64,000 bases of DNA, taken from IMG/VR virus record IMGVR_UViG_3300032174_000004, positions 4,636 through 68,635 of that record, one strand, 5' to 3'. Position numbers and translations under genes: made by a program. Under the pieces are notes generated by a model, which did not search any database, was not told the origin of the DNA, and was given only the letters and a program-made list of their open reading frames with translations. Shown here piece by piece: positions 46,268 to 55,742 of the stretch. This DNA is from a virus. Positions within the stretch are counted from its first letter, which is position 1. The number at the start of each line of letters is the position of its first letter.

Positions 46268-46939
46268 TTACTGTATGGGCATCGCCGCCGGCTGCAGGGG
46301 CTGGTAGTCCCCTGTGCGCATCGACTTGCGGAGCTCATTGCGCAACCGCGGCACAAGCTCTTGCTGGTACTTCGTGAGCATATCCGCATAGCGATCATCC
46401 GCCTTGATGAAGTGCTCGGCTTCCGCAAGGCAGGCGGCGAACAGTGCATCGGGGCCGGCGCGCGACAACCAAGTGGTCGCAGTGGGCGTGGTCGGATTCA
46501 AGGACTCAGCCGGCGCGCCGATGTAGCGGTAGTACATCTGATAGGCCTGGTCTGGCGTCGGCACGACCTCGATTTGGTTGAATGCGAGCTCGTGGTAGTA
46601 CTGCGGGGGCGCTTGAGCCGCAGAGAGCGGCGAGAAGGACTGGCAGTACTCGGACGAGCGTTTCTCTAGGTAGGTAAAGCCGTTGACGGGGTGGATATAC
46701 GCCGCCGTCCGGACCTGAATCACATCAGAGGGCTTGTTGACCGCTCGAGTCCCGATGCCCATCTGAATCGACGTGTTGTCCGTCTTGTCGTATTCCTCGA
46801 TATCAAGGTCGCCCCACAGCCGACGCTCCCCCAAGCCGATCAGGTTAGGCAGGTTCCGCAGGTAGATCGCTGAGGCGTGCACTGGCCAGTCCTGCAGGGC
46901 TTGCAAGAGAGTGTTGTAAGTCCAAGCGAGATTCGGCAT
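46268..46939 (-). CDS. Head-tail adaptor / tail tubular protein
   Basis: TYNTL...LPNLI..GERRL...PTPDQAY...TWLS...PDALF.ACL.EA. Confidence 0.8.
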   Translation of the reverse strand: MPNLAWTYNTLLQALQDWPVHASAIYLRNLPNLIGLGERRLWGDLDIEEYDKTDNTSIQMGIGTRAVNKPSDVIQVRTAAYIHPVNGFTYLEKRSSEYCQSFSPLSAAQAPPQYYHELAFNQIEVVPTPDQAYQMYYRYIGAPAESLNPTTPTATTWLSRAGPDALFAACLAEAEHFIKADDRYADMLTKYQQELVPRLRNELRKSMRTGDYQPLQPAAMPIQ

Positions 46940-46949
46940 AGCGCGCCTT

Positions 46950-47618
46950 CTATGGAACGATCACGGCAAAAGGGGTTGACTGCGGAGATGTGAGACTCGC
47001 GGCCGTGTATGTCACGTAGTAGGAATAGGTATTCCCACTGGAAACGGCCGTGTCCGCATAGGAGAGCACATTGGCAGCAAGCGAGGTGAGCAATGCGTAA
47101 GCACCGCCATTCACTGAGCGATAGAGACTCCATCCAGTGACAGCTAAGAATTCCCCTACGGGTAATGACCACACCGTATTTGCCGCGGGCCCCCCAGGGT
47201 TGTACCACCCACTAAGCGTCGGTGGGCTAAGTGATTCTGTGAGGCAAGCGATGTTCGAAGAGATCGGAGGGCCCTGCGCAACCGACTGGTTATTCCCCAT
47301 CGGAGTGGCCATGATTTGGTAGCAATACTGGTGGCCAATTTGAACCGTTTCATCCACGTAGGTGATCGGCGCATCCTCATTTGTGACGACGGTATACACC
47401 GAGCCGCTGGAGGTATCGTCGGTAGGAATGCTTGGCACGGTCGTGCAATTTTCCACCCCGATAATGCCGCCGAGGAAGTCCCGTAATACGGCACATTCGA
47501 CCAACACCGTCTGAGCCCCGCCATCAACCGCCCGAAAAATCGTGTAGCTATCAATCTCCGTGATGCCTGTCTCAGCAGGCGTCCACGTCAGCGTCAATGG
47601 GATAGGGGCAGTAGGCAT
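46950..47618 (-). CDS. Tandem Fn3-domain virion protein
   Basis: LTW...YTIFR.VDGG...YVD..V..G..Y.Y, twice. Confidence 0.75.
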   Translation of the reverse strand: MPTAPIPLTLTWTPAETGITEIDSYTIFRAVDGGAQTVLVECAVLRDFLGGIIGVENCTTVPSIPTDDTSSGSVYTVVTNEDAPITYVDETVQIGHQYCYQIMATPMGNNQSVAQGPPISSNIACLTESLSPPTLSGWYNPGGPAANTVWSLPVGEFLAVTGWSLYRSVNGGAYALLTSLAANVLSYADTAVSSGNTYSYYVTYTAASLTSPQSTPFAVIVP

Positions 47619-47622
47619 CGGA

Positions 47623-49056
47623 TCACCACAAATAACTTTTTACAACCACAACGCCTCCACCACCAGTCCCACCGGCAAGCGCCGTAGCCGGCTGAGTCGG
47701 ATTCCCAAAATTAGCGGTATTTATCGCTAAACCTCCACCGCCGCCACCGCCTCCATAGCCGCCGCCGTTACCGCCGCCGCCACCTATTACGGGGCCACCC
47801 CCTCCATAGCCGCCGCCGCCGCCGCCGCCGCCGCCGGAATAAGTGTTAGCTGCGGTAGAAGTCCCAGCACTCCCTGTTCCGCCAGTAGCGGGGCCTCCGT
47901 TGCCGGCAAAATTCGCTACATTTACTCCACCGATTCCGCCCGCGTTGACCCCTGAAGTGCCGCCACTACTAGCCGACCCGACACCACCAGGGCTGCCGTT
48001 TGTGCCTCCGCCCGCACCAGCATGAGTAGTACTGCCGCCCGGAGGATAAGGACCCACACCAGTACTTCCTCCCGGACCGCCAGCGCCGCCCGTTTCTGAA
48101 ACAATGGTCCCACTCAAAGTTGTAGTTGCCGTTCCGCCCGCGCCCCCAGGAGGAGTAAATGTTTGGCCGCCGCCGCCACCTTGCCCACCATGAGCGACGA
48201 CATAGGTACCAAACGAGCTATTCCCACCATCAGCGCCATCAAACCCTTGTTGTGAAAAACCCGCAGTTGTATGAGCCTGACCGCCAGCGCCCCCAGCCCC
48301 GACAGTAATCGTGACAGTAGCGGGAACCGCAGCTCCAGAAACACCCGTCACACTAATATAGCCGCCGCCGCCGCCGCCCGTCGCACTCCCTGGCGTACCG
48401 TTAAGGTAATATGTTTCGCCAGATCCGCCACCTCCTCCTCCACCAATGACTGATGGAATATCAATGATGAGAGTTCCTGTTGGTTTCTGCCACGTGTACA
48501 CGCCTGGAACATTGTAGACAGCTTGGATAGATCCGCTCTGCGACAGGATGTTAGAAGCCGCCCCCTGCGCCCCGTTTGAGGCCACAGGCACGACGAAATA
48601 TCCATATGAGTTGTGAGCTGTTAATGCCGTGTCGATGTACGTCATCGTCGGAGCATTTACGCTCGCCAGGAAGACGTAGGCTCCTTGGTTTGTCGCCCGA
48701 TAGATGGAGTAAGTCGAGACCCCTCCCGCAGTGAGGGCATCAAGCGTCCACGTCAATTGCACCCCTGGCCCAGCGACTACGGCCGCTGAAAGAACGGGAG
48801 CGCCGAATGTTTCAGTGCCCACCGTCAAAACTGGCGCAGTCGGTGCGGCAATCGTCTCTGGCGATGGACGGTAGAGCGCAACGGGGTCTTCAACTTTGGG
48901 GAGGAATTCTTGTGGATGCTTATCCTCCCAGTAATCTGGGTGAACGCGCATATTCGGAAAGCGACCATCGAATACGGCGTCCTTCAACAAAAACTTCATT
49001 CCGCTACGCCCACAGATACACCATGCTCTCGAGCCTTTGGCGTATTTGTTAGCCAT
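47623..49056 (-). CDS. Neck-associated domain fused to Fn3 and Gly-rich domains
   Basis: YAKGSRAWCICGRSG...WEDKHPQ...DPVAL; Fn3; polyglycine. Confidence 0.75.
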   Translation of the reverse strand: MANKYAKGSRAWCICGRSGMKFLLKDAVFDGRFPNMRVHPDYWEDKHPQEFLPKVEDPVALYRPSPETIAAPTAPVLTVGTETFGAPVLSAAVVAGPGVQLTWTLDALTAGGVSTYSIYRATNQGAYVFLASVNAPTMTYIDTALTAHNSYGYFVVPVASNGAQGAASNILSQSGSIQAVYNVPGVYTWQKPTGTLIIDIPSVIGGGGGGGSGETYYLNGTPGSATGGGGGGYISVTGVSGAAVPATVTITVGAGGAGGQAHTTAGFSQQGFDGADGGNSSFGTYVVAHGGQGGGGGQTFTPPGGAGGTATTTLSGTIVSETGGAGGPGGSTGVGPYPPGGSTTHAGAGGGTNGSPGGVGSASSGGTSGVNAGGIGGVNVANFAGNGGPATGGTGSAGTSTAANTYSGGGGGGGGGYGGGGPVIGGGGGNGGGYGGGGGGGGLAINTANFGNPTQPATALAGGTGGGGVVVVKSYLW

Positions 49057-49546
49057 CGAGGTGGCTCCATGAACGCCCGAATTTAATATCGGCTACTGTT
49101 TGCGGCGAGATCCCGTACTCTTTGGCGATAAGAGTCGACTGAATTCCTCGCGCGATCTGCTTACGGATGCGACGTATATCACGCTCAGTGAGGATTGCCC
49201 TGAAGTGTTGCTCGCCCCATGGCGCAAGCCCCATTACCGCTTTGTGGTCAGTATTTCCCTTCTTGGTGGTCCATTCCAAGTTGAGAACGGTGCAATTCGT
49301 TTTCACGCCATCTTTATGATTTACCTCTGGCAACCCTAAAGGATTCGGTAAGTAAGTAAGGGCCACTAGGCGATGAGCGTACATCTGAATCGACCCTAGC
49401 ACTGGGTGCTTCATCCAAATGCGTAGATACCCGCGCCGCGTTAGGTGCCGAGCAAGCCATCTCCCCTTCGTCTTGCACTTCACCAATGACCAAACGCGGC
49501 CATCTTCAGTGATGAAGTATCCGGGGAAGTAAGGAATCTCGCGCAT
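49049..49546 (-). CDS. NUMOD4-HNH endonuclease
   Basis: IPYFPGYFITEDGRVWS...AHRLVA...VNHKDGVKTNC...NLEW.T. Confidence 0.9.
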   Translation of the reverse strand: MREIPYFPGYFITEDGRVWSLVKCKTKGRWLARHLTRRGYLRIWMKHPVLGSIQMYAHRLVALTYLPNPLGLPEVNHKDGVKTNCTVLNLEWTTKKGNTDHKAVMGLAPWGEQHFRAILTERDIRRIRKQIARGIQSTLIAKEYGISPQTVADIKFGRSWSHLDG

Positions 49547-49572
49547 CACGCACCCTTGATCAGACCACCCAC

Positions 49573-49953
49573 TTAACAGCTTACCGCACGCCCGTTCGTG
49601 ATGAAGCCATGCCACACCTCCTCTCGATTGTCAGGAGTGTCCGGCTTGTTTACGTCCTTGCTGCGCCACGTGAGGATGGAGGGCGTAAGAGTCGGTTTAT
49701 CCTCATTCCCGTCCCAATTCCACGTAGCCCTGTCGGCCGGTGGATCGCTGCCGGGTCCCTTGATCGGGATTCCGTGCAATTCACCGCCCTCGCACGGCAA
49801 TACGACCCACAGCTGGCGCCACCGTGGACCTCCTTCAATGAAGCACCAGCCAATGTGGAATAGACCAGGGACTGGAATTCCCTCTCTCCAGAAGTGGGCC
49901 TCCATCGTCTTTACCAAGTCGATAGAGCACTTACATGGCCGCTGTTTGCACAT
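49573..49953 (-). CDS. DUF6527-like protein
   Basis: WNWDGNEDKPTLTPSIL...WHGFITNG. Confidence 0.75.
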   Translation of the reverse strand: MCKQRPCKCSIDLVKTMEAHFWREGIPVPGLFHIGWCFIEGGPRWRQLWVVLPCEGGELHGIPIKGPGSDPPADRATWNWDGNEDKPTLTPSILTWRSKDVNKPDTPDNREEVWHGFITNGRAVSC

Positions 49954-50696
49954 CAGCGTCTTCCAACTCTCGGTTCAAAAGCCGGATAAGTGTCGATATC
50001 TCCGCGCTCACGGTCCTCCGTAATCAGCATCGCAAGTAATCCACCAGGATTCAGCGGATTCTGCGACCACTGCGGCCCAGCGTAGATCGTCTGGAGCAAC
50101 TCGTACTTCTGTGGATTCCATTTCAACGCTAGACGCGCCGCGAGCCCCGCCGCCAGCGCCGCGTACGCATACACCGGCAATCCCAAGTTCAACTGCAACG
50201 AACTCGTCACATCCTGGTTCTGCTGGAACATGTTGTAGACGATTTGGTCGGTGGTATTGCTGCCTGCCTGCCAGTAGTGCACGACCTTCGTGTCGGCCAG
50301 CCGCTCGACCCAGTATCGGTCCGGCCGTCCCTGGTTCTGCTTCGAGACCAGCGTCAGGTACTCGTTGCGGGTGATCGCGTACATCTCCACATCAGAGTAG
50401 GTCGCTATCCCGCTTCCGGGACGCCGCAGCACCGCCTCCACAATGTCCATACCCCCAGCCGGCAACGTAAACGTCGTCTCCCCGACCGCCGTCGTGTGAC
50501 TCTCCTGCGTCACCATCCAGTTGCGTATCCCAATTGTCGCCCACTCGGAGTTCAGCATCAGCCTTAGGGAGCGCTGCATACTCTTGATGTGCGCGCCTCC
50601 CGTAGCGGAAGGATTGATCCCTGCGTTCTCTACCGCCTCATCGAAGAGCTCGGAGATGAAGGGGTTATAGAGGTAGGTGCCAGATTCGGTGGTCAT
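49953..50696 (-). CDS. Head-tail connector / tail tubular protein A-like
   Basis: RSLRLMLNSEWATIG...ITRNEY...K...GRP..YW...AGLAARLA. Confidence 0.8.
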   Translation of the reverse strand: MTTESGTYLYNPFISELFDEAVENAGINPSATGGAHIKSMQRSLRLMLNSEWATIGIRNWMVTQESHTTAVGETTFTLPAGGMDIVEAVLRRPGSGIATYSDVEMYAITRNEYLTLVSKQNQGRPDRYWVERLADTKVVHYWQAGSNTTDQIVYNMFQQNQDVTSSLQLNLGLPVYAYAALAAGLAARLALKWNPQKYELLQTIYAGPQWSQNPLNPGGLLAMLITEDRERGDIDTYPAFEPRVGRR

Positions 50697-50708
50697 GCAC
50701 TCATCGCT

Positions 50709-53378
50709 TCAGTTGCTGTGTATTTGCGCTGTGGCGCCGATATCGAGCGATGCGCAGGCTCCGGCGGATATCGCCCACGCGATGGAGTCTCCCGCCGCGA
50801 TGGCCGCGTTACTCACGGTGCCGTCCATCCGTTGACCGGTAGCTGTGATTGTCACTGAACCTATCGTTGTCGGCGATGCGCACGAAGCATCCGTGCCGCA
50901 TTCATACATTGTGATCGTCGGGTTTGTGGTGCAGGTCGTGAGGGACTGCGCCGATCCCTTGATGTTATCGACTGTGGACGCCTTGACGAAGGTCGCATAG
51001 ATGCTCTTCGTGTTGACGATCGACGTCAATAGTCCGGGCTGATAGGACTCATGGCTATACGCAGGGGAGGCGCCCCCATTAGTAACCAGCCACGACGTGC
51101 CGTTACAGTAGATTTGCGCTGGGGTTGAGCCGCCGTTCGTATAAGCGGCCCCATTTATTGGGGATGTCGCATCGCTCACCGCCATAAATGAGCCGTTGGA
51201 GTTCGAGTTGCAGGTGATACCGCCGTTAGAGGTTTGAGTCGGCAGGTTGGATGCTACGGTGTCATTAACCAATATCCAGGTCTTCGCGTTGGCATCTTTG
51301 ATGCGGGAATTCCCATTGGAGCCTGTACCACTACCTTTCGGACCCGCTTGCACGACACCATCCCCGCCAGTTGAGTTGCCCGATGTCGTGGTGGATCCCG
51401 CGCCGCCCAACACTTCGCCCACTCCACCGGTACCGTTGGCTGCTGTACTGCCCCCCTTGCCGCCTTCAACAATCAGGCCGCCACCTATAGCTACTCCAGA
51501 GGTCAACGTGGACGCATTGCCTCCTCGGACGATCGTCAAACCTCCTCCACCCGCACCGGATGAAGTGGAGCTATCGCCTGCAGTGTAGGTCGCTGAAGTT
51601 CCTGCGCCAGTAGGATTCGCGGCAGGTCCGACAGTAAGCGCCTGATTATAGGCTGAGAAAATCCCAGTAATTCCGTTCCAGGTCTGGGAGGTAGTCCCCA
51701 CGGTAATGTTGCTCGCGGTGGTGTTGAGCGTGAATATCGAGCCGGTCGTCGTATCCCGGACCACGAGATTTGTATATTGTGGGATGACATAGCCGGTCTG
51801 AAAGATTCCGAGCGGTACCCAGGCGCCCCCACCGCCCGGGACGAAATAAACCCCATTGTTCTGAGTTACCGTCTGCCCCGTTAAAAGGATCGATGTACCT
51901 AATTGGACAGTGGCTGTAGCCCCTGCCACGCCGGGTACTGTAATGGTCTGTGAGCCGGATAACGTCGCAACGTTCGCGGTAGCAATGTAATTCACCACGA
52001 TTTGACAAGTCGTGCCCAAATCAGCGATAGCATCCGTACTGCTCTGGAGCGCCGCGCAGTTGCCGTTTGTCCAGGACCCAGCGGCCCCTACCATGGGACG
52101 GCTATTTACTTGTGTATTACCCGGCGAACCCCCAACTATGTTGGTTACGCTGGAGGGGTTTGTATTCTCTCCAAGTGTAACGTTGACTTGAGAGGTGCCT
52201 GCGGTTTTAGCAACATACGCAAAAGTAGTGCCCGCCAGAGGCCCCCCTAAGTCACTATCCGTCCCGCCATCGCTCATCTGCCATACGAAACTGCCCCCTG
52301 AAGTCATCCATCCTTCATAGCCTGCTGCTAATTCGTTGTACGCCGATCCTGTCAACGTTGTACACGTCGTCACGCAAGGTTGACTTAACGTGTATTGACT
52401 ACCCCCAAGACTTGCCCACACCATATAGGCGGCGGGTGTAGAGCCGGGAAACACTACCGTTTGACCTACCGCGAGCGTTGCCGTTCCGCCCGTTGTAGTA
52501 AGCGTATTGCTCGATATTGACCCCGTCACGCTGCCATTCAGCGCGCCAGTCACATGTGGTTGACGTTGCGCGCTAGCCGCCGTGGTCGTTTGCGCAGGCA
52601 CATGCTCCGTCATCGTGCCAAAGCGAGTGGACGGTCCCGGCCCTGTATATGAGTAGGTCCAGCCGTAGCCGGTAGAGCCCGTTCGGTGATTGCCGTTTAG
52701 AAACCCGCAGCTGTCATTGTCGAAGCAACGTATCCGAAATCCTTCATCATAGGGGGACGTTCCTGGCGGATCTAGCGGCCCCAAGATCACTTGCACCCCG
52801 GAAACAGGGCTGTTGGAAAACGCCCCACCATTGGTTGCCAACGTAATACGACAGGGCAGGTAGGCCGCGGTAATGGTCCCTTGGGCTCCGCATACGCCTG
52901 TCAATCCATTAACGTTGCGCCAGATATCCATGTAGTCCATTGTTCCATTCGTGGCGACCGCCAAATTATCCGGCGCAGTCGCGAAATGCGTACTAACAAA
53001 ATCAGTCCATGACGCTATTACATTACCGTCAGTGGGCGCGCCCATCGCGCCATCGACCTGAAAAAAGAACGTCTCATTGCCATTTGCCAGAGATCCTACT
53101 TGGAATGCGCCGCTGTTCCAGGTCAGTGCGGGATTGCAAGCAAGACCACTGATCGTATCGTAAACAAGTTGATTAGCAGAACAAGTCAGCAATGACGGGA
53201 GTTGCCCTGTCACATAAGACGCAACCTGCGCAAAAGTTGCCTTCTGGGTGAGCGCGCCTGTGTCATCCCATGTCAAATCGGTCCCAAGCACTCCGGGGCT
53301 TGCAGGGAAATTGGGTAGCTTGACTTGCCCCCACGTCAGCAGTGGCCACAGAAAAAGAAGGGGGAAGAGTTTCTTCAT
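50709..53378 (-). CDS. Large fibre-like protein with Sec signal peptide
   Basis: MKKLFPLLFLWPLLTWG then QVKLPNFP; G/T/S-rich; ILL.GQT..QNNGVY; many Cys pairs. Confidence 0.75.
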   Translation of the reverse strand: MKKLFPLLFLWPLLTWGQVKLPNFPASPGVLGTDLTWDDTGALTQKATFAQVASYVTGQLPSLLTCSANQLVYDTISGLACNPALTWNSGAFQVGSLANGNETFFFQVDGAMGAPTDGNVIASWTDFVSTHFATAPDNLAVATNGTMDYMDIWRNVNGLTGVCGAQGTITAAYLPCRITLATNGGAFSNSPVSGVQVILGPLDPPGTSPYDEGFRIRCFDNDSCGFLNGNHRTGSTGYGWTYSYTGPGPSTRFGTMTEHVPAQTTTAASAQRQPHVTGALNGSVTGSISSNTLTTTGGTATLAVGQTVVFPGSTPAAYMVWASLGGSQYTLSQPCVTTCTTLTGSAYNELAAGYEGWMTSGGSFVWQMSDGGTDSDLGGPLAGTTFAYVAKTAGTSQVNVTLGENTNPSSVTNIVGGSPGNTQVNSRPMVGAAGSWTNGNCAALQSSTDAIADLGTTCQIVVNYIATANVATLSGSQTITVPGVAGATATVQLGTSILLTGQTVTQNNGVYFVPGGGGAWVPLGIFQTGYVIPQYTNLVVRDTTTGSIFTLNTTASNITVGTTSQTWNGITGIFSAYNQALTVGPAANPTGAGTSATYTAGDSSTSSGAGGGGLTIVRGGNASTLTSGVAIGGGLIVEGGKGGSTAANGTGGVGEVLGGAGSTTTSGNSTGGDGVVQAGPKGSGTGSNGNSRIKDANAKTWILVNDTVASNLPTQTSNGGITCNSNSNGSFMAVSDATSPINGAAYTNGGSTPAQIYCNGTSWLVTNGGASPAYSHESYQPGLLTSIVNTKSIYATFVKASTVDNIKGSAQSLTTCTTNPTITMYECGTDASCASPTTIGSVTITATGQRMDGTVSNAAIAAGDSIAWAISAGACASLDIGATAQIHSN

Positions 53379-53380
53379 GG

Positions 53381-53572
53381 CTAACTACTTGTAGTGACTT
53401 GCACGCCCGAATCGGTGATTACATTGATGCCAGCATCCGTTTGGACATTCGGCGGTCCAGGATTAGATCCCCCTCCGTTAGAAACTCCAGTGCCCTTATT
53501 CACTGTCCCAGGGGGCGGATAACTCACACTTGCTGTAGGGCTGACTCCATTCGCGCGACTGACGCTGGGCAT
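53381..53572 (-). CDS. Small fibre-anchor peptide
   Basis: Ends VQTDAGINVITDSGVQVTT. Confidence 0.6.
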   Translation of the reverse strand: MPSVSRANGVSPTASVSYPPPGTVNKGTGVSNGGGSNPGPPNVQTDAGINVITDSGVQVTTSS

Positions 53573-53576
53573 GGCA

Positions 53577-54140
53577 TTACCGTCCTGCGCCCTGCGTGAC
53601 AGTGAGCGAAGCGCTACCAGCGCTGAGAGCGCTCATCTTCAGTCGGCACGCGCGAATCGGGAAGGCGTAGTTGCCATCTAGGCGAGAAGCTCCAGGGGGA
53701 GTAGTGCCAGTACTGCTCAACTGCGCGTGGTTGATGACTCGCAGCGTGATCACTTGAGCGGTTGGCAACGCTGCAGTGAGACCCGTATTCGCGACCGTGT
53801 AGGTATACGTGTTCGCATCTACGACAGTGATATCGGCGCCGATGCCGATCGGGGTATTGAGGTTCGGGTCGCCGCTCGCGAAGACCATGACGCAATCGCC
53901 CGTCAGAAGGCCATGGCCCGGATCGACCACGGTAGCCGTCGTCCCCGATCGGGTGATCGATTGCGGCTGGTGAGGGACTTGCGGATCATCAAAGGTGTGC
54001 TGAACCGATCCAGCCGGCGGCCCCGCCGCATCAGTGGATGGCGAGTACTCCAGACTCACCGAGAAAGGATTCTGGTAGTAACTCACTGGTACCCAGGCGG
54101 AATCCCCCGGCGCGCCCGTGACCGTAACCGTCGTACGCAT
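53577..54140 (-). CDS. Virion accessory beta protein
   Basis: VQHTFDDP...ITRSGTTATV...HGL..GD...YAFP.RA.RL. Confidence 0.7.
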   Translation of the reverse strand: MRTTVTVTGAPGDSAWVPVSYYQNPFSVSLEYSPSTDAAGPPAGSVQHTFDDPQVPHQPQSITRSGTTATVVDPGHGLLTGDCVMVFASGDPNLNTPIGIGADITVVDANTYTYTVANTGLTAALPTAQVITLRVINHAQLSSTGTTPPGASRLDGNYAFPIRACRLKMSALSAGSASLTVTQGAGR

Positions 54141-54182
54141 CGCTCACTCCCGAAGAGGGGGCCTTGCGCCCCCTCAGGTTAG

Positions 54183-54866
54183 TTAGGCTGGGGTGACGCC
54201 GTACGCGCCGACCTGCTTACCGACGCCGCCAGTGCGATCAGAGATGATCACGTTGATGGCGTAGGCATGCGTGCCATTCGGGGCGGTCGAGGCCGCGATA
54301 GTGCCGCGGACATCGCCCGTGCTTGAGGTCGCAGGGCTCGTGGTATCGGCCGGCACAAACGTGTAAGTCACGTCCGGCAGGTTGTCCATGAGGGCGTCCA
54401 ACACGCCATTCGTGTCCACCCGATAGGGCAGCGCGATCTTCACGCCCGTCCCAACCGTTGCCGCAGTCACCGCAGCCGAGAAAGTCACCGCCGTGATCGT
54501 CGCGAATCCCTTCTTGCCTGTGAAGGACGTACCGCTGGCCGAGACTTCCGTCTGCGCCACACCATAGTAGTCTGTGCCCGTCACGGTGCAGATCGCCGTT
54601 CCGGTCCACGCCGCAACCGCATTGCGCGGCGTCGGGATTGTCGCGACTCCCGCCGTCGCCAGCGCCCCGTTGATCGCGAGCGCATTCGTGCCGCCCGAAC
54701 TCGCCTGGCTCGTGCAGATCGCATTCGCCGAAGCCGCCGCAATAACCCCGAAGTTGATGTAGTTGGTCACGCTCACTGGCAATCCAGGCAGCGGATTAGC
54801 CGGGGGGTAATACGCGGACTGCGAATACATCGTGTCTGCGCGCGTAATCGTGTGTCGAGTGGTCAT
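54183..54866 (-). CDS. Head decoration/accessory protein
   Basis: PRN...TVTGTDYYG...E...GKK.F..IT; TSSTGDVRGT. Confidence 0.7.
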   Translation of the reverse strand: MTTRHTITRADTMYSQSAYYPPANPLPGLPVSVTNYINFGVIAAASANAICTSQASSGGTNALAINGALATAGVATIPTPRNAVAAWTGTAICTVTGTDYYGVAQTEVSASGTSFTGKKGFATITAVTFSAAVTAATVGTGVKIALPYRVDTNGVLDALMDNLPDVTYTFVPADTTSPATSSTGDVRGTIAASTAPNGTHAYAINVIISDRTGGVGKQVGAYGVTPA

Positions 54867-54907
54867 GACAGCTCCATAGCCAGGGATTGGTTACCCCGTC
54901 AGTGACG

Positions 54908-54937
54908 AGAAAATACCGGGCGAGTTGCCCCGCCCGG
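54908..54937 (-). terminator. Intrinsic terminator after capsid and HNH
   Basis: CCGGGCGGG-GCAA-CTCGCCCGG followed by TATTTTCT. Confidence 0.65.
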
Positions 54938-54993
54938 CAAAGGACTAACCCGTGAGGTCTCAAAACACGGATTAGATACGGCGAAAAGTGGAA

Positions 54994-55680
54994 TCAGACT
55001 TCGAAGCGGTTGAGCTTCGTGCGATTCGCTTTGATAGGTAGGTACTGCAGGTTCTCCAAGACATGAAGTCCGGAGATCCTTTTTCCTTTCAGAGGTACGA
55101 TGTGATCGACCTCGTGACCAGGAGGGCAGTTGATATAGAACAGGTGAATGGCCTTCATGTCGGCCCACGGTGGCGTCGCGATCTGGACGCGCGTACGCCG
55201 AGCATTCCGCCGCGCCCGTTCTACGGTGTGATTCGCGAAGTAGTACCCGTTGTGGTAGCAGTTCGCGCACAGATCCTTGGCTTTGCCCTTGCCAGTTGGC
55301 ATGCCGCATTTCGCGCAGACAGCCGCCACGCGCTTCGTTTTGTTCACAGTGGGGTCGCCGTGCTTCCATACGCGGCGCTGATGGACATTGCACATTCCGT
55401 TTGAGTGTAGCGGTCGATCGCAGCCTGCAACCGTACATGTGCCACGAGAGGCAATCGTGCGCTCTGGGGTATAGCAACCGAAGCGCCGTCCCCATTTCAT
55501 TTGGCAACGAACGTTGCAAAAGACTGTCTGCGGGCGACGCCCAGCGAGATCTCTCTCGCAGAACTTGCAAGTCTTCGCTTCTAACCCATGCTTGCCTTCC
55601 CTGGCCCGCGTGTAATGAAGCTTGCACAGCCCTTTGCCGTAGTGCTTGGCGCTGCAGTTCGTGGCTGTGCAAGTTCTCAT
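54994..55680 (-). CDS. HNH endonuclease with Zn-finger repeats
   Basis: CTATNC...GLCKLHY; ATPPWAD...HEVDHIVPL.G..ISGLHV.ENLQYL....NRTK. Confidence 0.9.
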   Translation of the reverse strand: MRTCTATNCSAKHYGKGLCKLHYTRAREGKHGLEAKTCKFCERDLAGRRPQTVFCNVRCQMKWGRRFGCYTPERTIASRGTCTVAGCDRPLHSNGMCNVHQRRVWKHGDPTVNKTKRVAAVCAKCGMPTGKGKAKDLCANCYHNGYYFANHTVERARRNARRTRVQIATPPWADMKAIHLFYINCPPGHEVDHIVPLKGKRISGLHVLENLQYLPIKANRTKLNRFEV

Positions 55681-55687
55681 TCATCTG

Positions 55688-55716
55688 ATATTACGCTCTG
55701 TTACAGGTTGTTGCAA
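55688..55716 (-). promoter_or_regulatory. Phage promoter motif copy upstream of the HNH gene
   Basis: TTGCAA-CAACCTGTAACAGAGCG(17)-TAATAT. Confidence 0.75.
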
Positions 55717-55742
55717 GAGGCATGGAAACCTAACGTGTTATG

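Noticed and set aside
44690-48450. CCG/GCC tandem repeats as possible CRISPR, VNTR or DGR repeats
   Set aside because: They encode polyglycine in two fibre proteins; no spacers, cas genes or reverse transcriptase seen
54899-55684. 261-aa ORF overlapping the HNH gene
   Set aside because: Alternate frame with no motifs
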